Assembly (NCBI RefSeq): GCF_047730155.1
Contig: NZ_CP159832.1
Coordinates: forward strand, 448,623-472,622
Length of the DNA: 24,000 nucleotides
Reading direction: 5' to 3'
DNA from: Candidatus Njordibacter sp. Uisw_002
GTDB taxonomy: Bacteria; Pseudomonadota; Gammaproteobacteria; Pseudomonadales; Balneatricaceae
Shown here: positions 8,627 through 16,105 of the stretch, piece by piece
How positions within the stretch are numbered: position 1 is the stretch's first letter
Layout: each line of letters opens with the position of its first letter
The notes under the pieces: generated by a model
Told to the model about the DNA's origin: nothing
Database searches by the model: none
Seen by the model: only the letters and a program-made list of their open reading frames with translations
Translations under genes and position numbers: made by a program

Positions 8627-10962
8627 GGTTCTACTCCCGTGCAGATATAAGTGCCCAGGTGCGGCAGCGGGTCGGTCGACTCAGGGAAAGGCAGCACGAA
8701 CTCACAACTCTGCTCTCGCCAAGTGACTCTCAGCCTATTGCTCACCGCCAGCCCGGTCAGATAAACCTCGCCCCTCAAGCCGGTGGGGAATACTTCATTT
8801 TGTTCGACGTTATCTCCAATAATTTGCGCCTGTGCGCCCGCTGGTAAAGGGTCGCCGTTATCCAGGACCACGGTGAACAGCGCCCCGCGCGAGCGCTTAA
8901 CTGGAAACTTCAGCAGCAGGCCACTGCGGAAATACGGCACGGCGTCGAGCTGCACCGCATCGATCTGCGCATCCAGCGGTAAATCAGCCTGCTCGATGCG
9001 CACCGTGTTCTTTTGGTACGGGCGTAGCCTTGGCAGCAGTGCACTACCGTTGGCGTCGGTGCGCGCTACCAGTTGGTTGTCCGCGTAGACGCCCACGCCA
9101 GAATAGCCGGGCACCTGCACCACGGCGAAGCTGTTGGTAATACGCCGGCTCAAAAAGGCGCTACCCCCTAGGAAAGCCACAGCGCCTCCTGCACTGCCGC
9201 GAAAGGCCGTCTGACCACTAATCTGGGATGCTCCCAAGGTATAGGTACCGACCTCATTTTGCGCGCTGACCTCCGCCTGGCGGTAATCTGAATCGCCCGC
9301 CCCAGCAACCAGGTGATAACCAACCCCGCTACCTGCTGGCATACTGTGGCTCACTGCTAAACGTGCCTGCTCGCGGCCTGGTTGCGCCGACGTGCTGATG
9401 CTGGCGTTGGTCTGATTGCCTAATGGCATAGAGAAATTCAGGTTGAAGGTCGTCTTTGCGTCCTCAGTGAGAGGCCTAGTCACAGACGCGCTCAGGTTGC
9501 CAAGACTCCCTATTTTCCTGCTATAACTGCCGGCCAGTATCTTAATTCCCTGCCGGTCACGGAAGGCCTGTTCCGTGTAGTTCGCTGTGAATGAGCCGTG
9601 GCCGCTAGTCGCCAAATTGACAAACACCCGGCTTATGTGTCGGGGCGCAAGCGCTTCGGGCTGCATGCCCAGCTTTACGAAGCGCTGGCTGGCGAACTGA
9701 GTGTTCACACCGAAACTAAAGGGCTGGCCCTGACGCTGCAACCCAAGCGCCAGTAATCCCCCTACGCCTTTATCGCTGTGGCTCGCAGCAAAGGAACCAG
9801 ATAATACGCCAGCGGCAGGCAACATCAACACGCCGCCCAGCCCTAAGCTCTGCTGATGGTCGAGCAGCTCACCATGAATCTCGGCGGTGAACTGGTCGGT
9901 GATCCCTAAGCGGTGCGTACCGACCGCCAGGGCGCGGCCGTAGTTGTTGCTGTCGGTGCCAAAATTCCTGCGCACAAATCCCAACTCGTAAGAATAATCT
10001 TGCAGGCCCTGCTTCAGCAGGCGGGGTGTGGCATAAAAGGGCAAGGTTATGATTTGCTCGCGCCCTAAAATATCGGTTAACACCAAACGAGCATCCCCTT
10101 GGCCAGCCCTAACCGGCAGATCCTGGATGCTGAATGGCCCGCTGGGCACTTCGCGGCTCATGCGCAACGCATTATCAACATAAAGATCCACCGTGGAGGG
10201 CAGCGCAGCTTCTCCAGACATCCCTGGCACCGGGAAGGAGGTGACGCCAGGCTGGGTGGAAAAATTGGTCGCCCACTGCACCCCACCAAAGCGTATCGCT
10301 CCTCCCCAACTGCTCGTGCCGCTGATTCCGTCACCCAAAAGCAGGCTAGCCATTTGCATCGGCTGGTCGCGCGTCCAGGTGGTATCGAGCCGAACAGCCC
10401 TCGCTTGCCTGTTCAGGTCTAACGCCAAAATACGAGTTTGGGCTGTACCCCAGCTACCAAACCCCCCAAGTTCCAGTGCCCCGCCAGTATTGGTTTCCCC
10501 CGCCCTATGACTGGCAGTCACATCGTAATTAAGAAAGCCGCCGAGAGACGCCGGGGTGGGCGCACTGAAATTGGTTACCGTTCCCTTTAGCCGCGTGGCA
10601 TCAAATAGGCTTGGCGGCGCTTGAACCGTCAGCACTTGGCTAGATTCATCAAATCTATACGACAGGCCTGCCAGCGCATCAAGCGCGAAGAAGTCTTCGC
10701 CGTACTGGGTAAGAGGGGCAGTATTCGGCAAGCGCAAGCGCCAGCGCCGCAGATCTTGAGCTCCCGCGAACAGACGACCGTCGCTGCGCAGTATAACGAC
10801 GGTGCCTTGTGTTTGCTCGTTGATAAGCACCGCCATAAATACTTCGTCTACATCATGAACTGGATCTTCCGCCAGCGCCGCTAGCGGTGTTAGCGTCAGT
10901 ATAGTCAGCAGAAGTAGGCGTGCATTGAGATACGTGATGGCATTAATCTTATGAGCAACCAT
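8623..10962 (-). CDS. Fimbrial outer-membrane usher protein
   Basis: About 780-800 aa, beta-rich and Gly/Ser/Thr/Ala-rich, with a Cys pair near the C-terminus, positioned between chaperone and subunit genes. The ORF opens at 11031, which would overlap the chaperone by 53 nt. I prefer Met at 10962 (MVAHKINAITYLNARLLLLTILTLTPLAALA signal peptide), 16 nt after the chaperone stop. Confidence 0.88.
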   Translation of the reverse strand: MVAHKINAITYLNARLLLLTILTLTPLAALAEDPVHDVDEVFMAVLINEQTQGTVVILRSDGRLFAGAQDLRRWRLRLPNTAPLTQYGEDFFALDALAGLSYRFDESSQVLTVQAPPSLFDATRLKGTVTNFSAPTPASLGGFLNYDVTASHRAGETNTGGALELGGFGSWGTAQTRILALDLNRQARAVRLDTTWTRDQPMQMASLLLGDGISGTSSWGGAIRFGGVQWATNFSTQPGVTSFPVPGMSGEAALPSTVDLYVDNALRMSREVPSGPFSIQDLPVRAGQGDARLVLTDILGREQIITLPFYATPRLLKQGLQDYSYELGFVRRNFGTDSNNYGRALAVGTHRLGITDQFTAEIHGELLDHQQSLGLGGVLMLPAAGVLSGSFAASHSDKGVGGLLALGLQRQGQPFSFGVNTQFASQRFVKLGMQPEALAPRHISRVFVNLATSGHGSFTANYTEQAFRDRQGIKILAGSYSRKIGSLGNLSASVTRPLTEDAKTTFNLNFSMPLGNQTNASISTSAQPGREQARLAVSHSMPAGSGVGYHLVAGAGDSDYRQAEVSAQNEVGTYTLGASQISGQTAFRGSAGGAVAFLGGSAFLSRRITNSFAVVQVPGYSGVGVYADNQLVARTDANGSALLPRLRPYQKNTVRIEQADLPLDAQIDAVQLDAVPYFRSGLLLKFPVKRSRGALFTVVLDNGDPLPAGAQAQIIGDNVEQNEVFPTGLRGEVYLTGLAVSNRLRVTWREQSCEFVLPFPESTDPLPHLGTYICTGVEP

Positions 10963-10978
10963 TCCTGCCTGATACACA

Positions 10979-11725
10979 TCAAGGCGCAATAATGACTTCG
11001 GCCTCAATGTCACCGGCATCCGTCTGAGCAAAAAGCTTTAAGCTGACGCCTGGCGGCGGAGCTGGGTTTTCCGGGTTAGCCGGCAGGATCCAGTCGCGGC
11101 TCTGACCAGCTAGTACATAATCAGACGTCTGTAGGGTTGCCCAAGGTTGCACGCTATCAATCAGTGATAACTTGAAGTTTTTAATTTGGATGTGGGCGTT
11201 ACCACTATTGCTTAGGCTGATCTTGAGTGCGCCTTGCGAGGTGCGGACCGCCTGCCACAGCAGCAGTGGTTTGGTGTCGATCTCGGGTGAAACAAATACG
11301 GGCAGGCTGATACGTAACGTCATACGTGCACCCGAACCCGAAGAATCAGAATCGGGTGGCGGCGGCAATTCCTCTAGGATGACGCGATACGATAGCTCGC
11401 GCTGCGCATCAGGTGCGCGGCGCAGCCCAACTCGGACCAACTGCGAGTTTCCAGCTGGAATGGTAAAAATGGGTGGGTTGGCAAGTAACTCTCGAGTAGC
11501 TGCGAAAACAGCTTTCCCCTCCCGCTGTGACCAGCTCAGCACCTCCATTTGCATTGTTATTGGCTCAGTACCCTCGTTGCGCACGGAAAGCGAACCTATC
11601 TTCTGACTGTCCGATAGTGTTACACGCACCGGACTCACCCCAATTTTGCCGGCGTTAGCGATGCCAGCACAAATCACAAAAAAGAACAGGCCGCAAGCGG
11701 CCTGTTTTAACGCTCGTGTTAGCAT
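10979..11725 (-). CDS. Fimbrial periplasmic chaperone (PapD-like, two Ig-like domains)
   Basis: Signal peptide MLTRALKQAACGLFFFVICAGIANA, followed by IGVSPVRVTLSD...LSVRNEG.EPI.MQ, typical of pilus chaperones. Its start overlaps the upstream pilin stop (TAATG). Confidence 0.9.
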   Translation of the reverse strand: MLTRALKQAACGLFFFVICAGIANAGKIGVSPVRVTLSDSQKIGSLSVRNEGTEPITMQMEVLSWSQREGKAVFAATRELLANPPIFTIPAGNSQLVRVGLRRAPDAQRELSYRVILEELPPPPDSDSSGSGARMTLRISLPVFVSPEIDTKPLLLWQAVRTSQGALKISLSNSGNAHIQIKNFKLSLIDSVQPWATLQTSDYVLAGQSRDWILPANPENPAPPPGVSLKLFAQTDAGDIEAEVIIAP

Positions 11726-12258
11726 TAGTAAGTGAGTGTGACTTGGACGAAGTCATGAAACGCTCCGTAGGAAGCCGGTTGTTCCTTCCCAATCGTACCA
11801 TAGACCGTAGTGGTATTGTCACCTGCAGTCGCGGTGAATGATTGTCCTGATTCCTCATCATTTCCCCAAACAACGGGGCTTGGACCATCATCCTTATACA
11901 ACTGGTAATTTAGTTTCGAGGTATCAGAGTGGGTCATTTGGCGTAATGGAACGGCATCGGTAGAACCAGTAACTACAGCGGATCCCCCATTCATTGTGAT
12001 TGTTGCCGAGCCGCCATAAGTGCAGTTCGATGTTATAACAGAAGTAGCTTTTGTATCGCTTGTTGCGGTCGGATCATAACTTGTGAAATCTAACGTAGGG
12101 GCACTGACAGTGCAGGACATCAACACGGTCGTCTGAACTCTCATTTGATCGCCGACCGTCGTGGCAGCATAACCAGCAGCGCTAAAACCAGCGGAGCCAA
12201 CTAACATAGCCGATACGATCGCAAGTTTAAGTTTGCTTTGATTAAGTTTATTTTTCAT
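11725..12258 (-). CDS. SCPU domain major pilin (CsuA/B-like position, first gene of operon)
   Basis: Start chosen at MKNKLNQSKLKLAIVSAMLVGSAGFSAAGYA (ATG 12258), which is preceded by AAAGGAACAAAAA and parallels the paralog's N-terminus. The C-terminus is ...VQVTLTY. The longer ORF-track start (12369) has no signal peptide logic. Confidence 0.85.
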   Translation of the reverse strand: MKNKLNQSKLKLAIVSAMLVGSAGFSAAGYAATTVGDQMRVQTTVLMSCTVSAPTLDFTSYDPTATSDTKATSVITSNCTYGGSATITMNGGSAVVTGSTDAVPLRQMTHSDTSKLNYQLYKDDGPSPVVWGNDEESGQSFTATAGDNTTTVYGTIGKEQPASYGAFHDFVQVTLTY

Positions 12259-12356
12259 TTTTTGTTCCTTTCTATTTACAAATGCCGTTTTCGGCAAGGT
12301 GATATTTAATGACTTACCCATCGAATTATTTGAGCTAAGAAGATGGATTGGCAATA

Positions 12357-12385
12357 ATACTATGCACACCTCCCCACAAAGTCAA
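12357..12385 (-). promoter_or_regulatory. Candidate sigma70 promoter of the pilus operon
   Basis: On the minus strand: TTGACT (12385-12380), a 17-nt spacer, then TAGTAT (12362-12357). This implies a ~90-nt leader containing a TGCCG-AAAA-CGGCA hairpin. Confidence 0.45.
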
Positions 12386-12500
12386 CAGATTTTGCTATAA
12401 ATAAAATTTGGTTGCCAATTAAATCTGTATCAATATGATGCCTCAATCGCCGGCTAAAAGCAGTAACCTGCTGTATTAAATAGGTATTAATTCCTAAAAC

Positions 12501-12529
12501 TTGTCTATTTGGTCAGCTTTTTATATAAA
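12501..12529 (+). promoter_or_regulatory. Candidate sigma70 promoter upstream of the truncated transporter copy
   Basis: TTGTCT (12501-12506), a 17-nt spacer, then TATAAA (12524-12529). A Shine-Dalgarno-like AAGGA follows, about 8 nt before ATG 12597. Confidence 0.35.
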
Positions 12530-12596
12530 GTTGGTACAAAAATAAAAGTTAATCTACTTCCTCGCAATCTGGCCAAGGCCTGAAAAGGATTTCAAT

Positions 12597-12860
12597 ATGT
12601 CAAATGTTAGCTTTCAGAATCGTCTGCTGTATAGCTCGGGCATTGTCAGTCACGCACTCAAAGAGGCGGCAATGGGTGTGTTTATCCTGTTTTACTATAA
12701 GCAGGTGCTGGGCTTGTCGGGGACGCTAACTGGTCTTGCTATTGCCATTTCAATTATCTGGGACGGCATCAGTGATCCTATGATTGGCGCCTGGTCAGAC
12801 CGTTTGCGCTCGCGTATAGGTCGCCGCCATCCGCTAATGATTGCCGCTGGCAGGTACTGA
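12597..12860 (+). pseudogene. Truncated 5' copy of the GPH/MFS transporter gene (87 codons, then GRY-stop)
   Basis: Codons 4-84 are nucleotide-identical to 13439-13679 of the full-length gene. Homology ends at 12847 and the frame stops at 12858-12860. Confidence 0.85.
12607..12847. repeat. 241-bp perfect direct repeat, copy 1
   Basis: Base-by-base comparison with 13439-13679 (offset 832) found no mismatch. The flanks differ on both sides (g vs a before the repeat, t vs g after it). Confidence 0.95.
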
Positions 12861-13230
12861 AGTCCTTCGAAAGGGCGGCAGCCCCGCCATATGGGTGAGC
12901 ATGGCTCCAGTGAAATGGTGGCTACCATCGGTGCTTTTAATACGGTGGTCGGCAGCATTCAAAAGTTTACTGGCGTTAGAAGGGCAGCTTTCAGATGATG
13001 AAAGGCGATGCCATACATGAAAACGCACAGCGTATTAATCAAAGCCCAGCAGTGATCACGCTGGTCTAATGGGTGAAGTCTATTTATATTTGTAACCTTT
13101 TGTAACACTTTCCTACGCTGTGTGACGTTCACTTATGTAGACTCTCCATGCGGGAGTGTAAATGCCTCATAACAAGACTAATAAATAATAGGCCCATTAA
13201 TGAACAAAAAATAAAATCTATTTAAAAAAA

Positions 13231-13247
13231 TGTTCAATATTTGAACA
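13231..13247. promoter_or_regulatory. Perfect 7-3-7 palindrome TGTTCAA-TAT-TTGAACA (candidate repressor operator)
   Basis: Read directly from the sequence, about 150 bp upstream of the full-length transporter start, in the AT-rich half of the filler segment. Confidence 0.3.
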
Positions 13248-13348
13248 CCTAAATATTCTGCTATTGCAAAAATTCAACACCCTTGGCCCACCATTTGCAA
13301 CAGTATTTAGGTATATTAAATATAGAAAGAACGCATCGTATCGTATTT

Positions 13349-13377
13349 TTGGAATATTACGAATGTTCTGATATTAT
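13349..13377 (+). promoter_or_regulatory. Candidate sigma70 promoter upstream of the full-length transporter gene
   Basis: TTGGAA (13349-13354), a 17-nt spacer, then TATTAT (13372-13377). No Shine-Dalgarno sequence lies before ATG 13399. Confidence 0.35.
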
Positions 13378-13398
13378 AAATATTTTTGAGTTTTTTTA

Positions 13399-14868
13399 AT
13401 GCAAAACTTTCACAACCATTGCAAAGACATCTCAGGTATTAGCTTTCAGAATCGTCTGCTGTATAGCTCGGGCATTGTCAGTCACGCACTCAAAGAGGCG
13501 GCAATGGGTGTGTTTATCCTGTTTTACTATAAGCAGGTGCTGGGCTTGTCGGGGACGCTAACTGGTCTTGCTATTGCCATTTCAATTATCTGGGACGGCA
13601 TCAGTGATCCTATGATTGGCGCCTGGTCAGACCGTTTGCGCTCGCGTATAGGTCGCCGCCATCCGCTAATGATTGCCGCGGTTATTCCACTGGCTGCAGG
13701 TTTTGTAATGCTGTACGGGCCACCAGACACCGTGCTGAGCGACCAAGGACAGCTGTTTGCTTGGCTTTTGATCAGCATCCTGCTAGTACGCACAGCCCTG
13801 ACCTTTTTTATGGTGCCCTACCTAGCCCTGGGCGCAGAGATCACCAACGACTATCACCAGCGCTCGCAGCTGGCTGGCATGCGCACCATTATGGCTTGGT
13901 TTATTGGCACTCTTGCTTCGGCCACCGGCCTGATTTTTTTATTCAACGAAGAAAATGGCCTAGACGGCCGCTTTGTCATCGATAATTACCATTTCTTTGG
14001 CTGGATCAACGGTTTCCTTGTCATACTGTTTAGTGTCATCTGCATTGCCGGCACCTGGCAATACATTCCCAAACTCTCCAGCGGCGCGGCAAATGCCAGC
14101 GGTAATATGCTGCGCGATCTATTCAGCACGTTTCGTAATAAAAACTTTAGATACATGGTGATTTTGGATATGGGTCTTGGTGGTATAGGTGGCATTACCG
14201 CGACATTACTAATGGTGACTTACACCTATTTCTGGCAACTGGATGCAACCCAGACTTCCATACTTTTTGCTGGTCCCATTATTGTCGCGATACTGCTGGT
14301 GGCTATATTTTCCGGATTTCTGAATCGACTGTTTGAAAAACAACAATTACTGCGCCTGACCTGCGCTTTGACCACCATCAACCTGCTCTGGCTGACACCG
14401 TTAAAATTGTTTGACCTGCTACCAGATAACAGTGCGGTGGTATTTGCCTTGATTTACGTCAATTGGGCAGTCCATGTGACCATGACTATTTTGCGTGTGA
14501 TCGCTGTTCAGTCGCTGCTGGCTGATATCGTGGATGAGCAGGAGTTGGCCACTGGCAAGCGCCAGGAGGGCGTAATTTTTGCGGCGGCTTTCTTTTCTGC
14601 CAAATTCATTAGCGGCTTTGGCTACCTAATAGCTGGCCCGTTTCTGGACCTAATAGGCCTGCAGGCTGGAGCACGACCAGGCGAAGTGTCCAGTACGGTA
14701 TTGTGGGGTCTGGGCCTGATTATGGGGCCGGGGCTGGCGATTATCATGCTGCTGCCCCTGTGGATGTCATTCAAAGTGAAGATGAGTCACGCCAGTCAGT
14801 TGGAAGTTCGCCAGGCCTTGTCACAGCGACAACAGGCAGGTGATAGTAGCAACAACGCCACACCCTAA
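13399..14868 (+). CDS. MFS transporter of the glycoside-pentoside-hexuronide (GPH):cation symporter type
   Basis: 489 aa with about 12 hydrophobic segments. The GPH signature is WDGISDPMIGAWSDR. The start codon is uncertain because no RBS precedes 13399. Confidence 0.85.
   Translation: MQNFHNHCKDISGISFQNRLLYSSGIVSHALKEAAMGVFILFYYKQVLGLSGTLTGLAIAISIIWDGISDPMIGAWSDRLRSRIGRRHPLMIAAVIPLAAGFVMLYGPPDTVLSDQGQLFAWLLISILLVRTALTFFMVPYLALGAEITNDYHQRSQLAGMRTIMAWFIGTLASATGLIFLFNEENGLDGRFVIDNYHFFGWINGFLVILFSVICIAGTWQYIPKLSSGAANASGNMLRDLFSTFRNKNFRYMVILDMGLGGIGGITATLLMVTYTYFWQLDATQTSILFAGPIIVAILLVAIFSGFLNRLFEKQQLLRLTCALTTINLLWLTPLKLFDLLPDNSAVVFALIYVNWAVHVTMTILRVIAVQSLLADIVDEQELATGKRQEGVIFAAAFFSAKFISGFGYLIAGPFLDLIGLQAGARPGEVSSTVLWGLGLIMGPGLAIIMLLPLWMSFKVKMSHASQLEVRQALSQRQQAGDSSNNATP
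13439..13679. repeat. 241-bp perfect direct repeat, copy 2
   Basis: Identical to 12607-12847. It lies inside the 5' end of the full-length transporter CDS. Confidence 0.95.
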
Positions 14869-14899
14869 TGGCCAATAACGAACGAGATGGTGCTATAAA

Positions 14900-15565
14900 C
14901 TATAGGTTGTTGAGTCCATTGATTTCTTCACTCAGCCTAACATGCAGTTCGGGGCTGGCATCGGACGCGTACGCCAAAAGTATGCTCTCTAATACCTGAT
15001 GGCGGTATTGATCCAAATCAATGTAGCCATCCACCCAGTCAAGTCGCCCAAGCCGGTTGCTATTGTGAACTATTTTCATCATTGTGCTGGGTTGGATATT
15101 GCCTAAAAACAACCCACTCTCGTACCACTCCTTCCTGGGCGCTGCCACTTGCTGTGCCCGCTGGAAAAGTCCACCCGGAATTCTAGGATCAAACAATCTT
15201 AATTGCTCAGCCGACATAAATGCGGCACGATAAAAGTCGGCATCTTGTTCGAATGCAGCAACCATGTTGTCGAGGAAGAACTTGGCATTTTCAATAGGGT
15301 CAATGGGCGGGTGGTGCAGGAAAATACCCTGCATTTTTTCAATTAAATTCGAAACCAACTCTTTAATGATGTCACTTTTTTTCCCGAATAAGTTGTGAAT
15401 CGTTGGTGTTGATACTCCCGCTTCGCTGGCAAGCCGGTTTATTGTAAAGGCTTCTACACCCTCCGACGCCATTAAGTGAGCGGCAAGTTCAAGGATACGT
15501 TGCCGGCGCTGCTTTTTATTAGCCTGGCGGACGGTGTTTCCATAAGCGACGCGTGGAGTCTTCAT
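14900..15565 (-). CDS. TetR/AcrR family transcriptional regulator
   Basis: N-terminal HTH RRQRILELAAHLMASEGVEAFTINRLASEAGVSTPTIHNLFGKKSDI, with an all-helical C-terminal domain. It is convergent with the transporter gene. Confidence 0.9.
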   Translation of the reverse strand: MKTPRVAYGNTVRQANKKQRRQRILELAAHLMASEGVEAFTINRLASEAGVSTPTIHNLFGKKSDIIKELVSNLIEKMQGIFLHHPPIDPIENAKFFLDNMVAAFEQDADFYRAAFMSAEQLRLFDPRIPGGLFQRAQQVAAPRKEWYESGLFLGNIQPSTMMKIVHNSNRLGRLDWVDGYIDLDQYRHQVLESILLAYASDASPELHVRLSEEINGLNNL

Positions 15566-15685
15566 AATTATTTCTTAGATTAATATTCAATATAGCTAAT
15601 ATAATATTCTACGCCTCTTTGCGGTCTTTTTCAAGCAGTTTTGTGTCTAAGTAAAAACTTAATATTTGGCTTCAGTGAATTTGCC

Positions 15686-15699
15686 TGCCTAATTAGGCA
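15686..15699. promoter_or_regulatory. Perfect 14-bp palindrome TGCCTAATTAGGCA (candidate operator)
   Basis: Read directly from the sequence, about 120 bp upstream of the TetR start. Two shorter palindromes follow, at 15705-15717 and 15724-15734. Confidence 0.3.
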
Positions 15700-15871
15700 T
15701 GGGTGTTTGGTGCAAACCATCAGGCTAGGCTAGCTACTCACTAAGGCGATATGCAACGTAAGACTTTGTCAGCAAAGTAAAAAGATGTAATCAGTGTTGT
15801 TGGTAATTAAAAATATTGTTAATTTCACTGTCGAGACTTGATACTCTCTGAGTAGTTGCCTGCTCACTTTT

Positions 15872-15907
15872 ACCACGGGGTTCACCCGAACCTCGGTGGT
15901 TTTTTTT
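15872..15907 (+). terminator. Rho-independent terminator with no annotated upstream gene
   Basis: ACCACGGGG (15872-15880), loop TTCACCCGAA, then CCTCGGTGGT with one bulged G, followed by a T run ending at 15907. The reverse strand has no U tract, so it is plus-strand specific. Confidence 0.6.
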
Positions 15908-15964
15908 GGCAGCCCAATCCTAGAGTTATTGCTCTGCCACCCTTTAACCCACGTTGGAGTTGTT

Positions 15965-16102
15965 ATGATTACGATTATTACTATGGCCTGTGTCGCTGGC
16001 TTCTTTATCGGGATTGCTACTCACCTTACGCTTACTCAGTTAGCGCAGAAAAGGAAAGTAGAGCTTGTGCGTGTTGGTTCTAATTGGCAGGTCTATAAAT
16101 AG
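15965..16102 (+). CDS. Hypothetical 45-aa single-pass membrane protein
   Basis: ATG is preceded by GGAG (15956-15959) at 5-nt spacing. The sequence MITIITMACVAGFFIGIATHLTL is one TM helix followed by a basic tail QKRKVELVRVGSNWQVYK, with its own terminator after it. I recognise no homology. Confidence 0.4.
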   Translation: MITIITMACVAGFFIGIATHLTLTQLAQKRKVELVRVGSNWQVYK

Positions 16103-16105
16103 TTA

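Larger units (their letters stand above)
6990..12400. other. GC-rich, probably horizontally acquired block carrying a chaperone-usher pilus cluster
   Basis: Hand counts of 60-nt lines:
- 9001-9060: 36/60 GC
- 10201-10260: 40/60 GC
- backbone 5461-5520: 22/60 GC
- backbone 19021-19080: 30/60 GC

The shift begins about 175 bp after the tRNA-Arg 3' end. Boundaries are approximate. Confidence 0.6.

Noticed and set aside
8144-11606. Numerous plus-strand ORFs of 100-144 aa inside the pilus block (8144-8491, 8467-8847, 8783-9088, 10099-10422, 10193-10510, 10621-10884, 11172-11606).
   Set aside because: All are antisense to chaperone, usher or subunit genes with strong family signatures. High GC suppresses stop codons, and the translations are Arg/Pro/Ala-rich with no motifs.
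12259-12369. 37-codon N-terminal extension of the major pilin in the ORF track (MCIVLLPIHLL...).
   Set aside because: The extension would bury the signal peptide and run through the predicted -10 element and leader. The paralog alignment and the AAAGGAACAAAAA-ATG context support the start at 12258.
12834-13028. 64-aa minus ORF and a plus-frame peptide (SSEMVATIGAFNTVVGSIQKF) in the filler. I considered a tyrosine-recombinase C-terminus and a methyl-accepting chemotaxis protein fragment.
   Set aside because: The similarities are only a few scattered residues. The recombinase RH/Y motifs are absent, and part of the minus ORF is simply antisense to the transporter repeat. It cannot be assigned without a database search.
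15856-16102. ORF-track versions of the mini-ORF starting at 15856 or 15896 (75 and 68 aa).
   Set aside because: Both use non-ATG starts lying inside or across the terminator hairpin and T run. Only the ATG at 15965 has a Shine-Dalgarno sequence.
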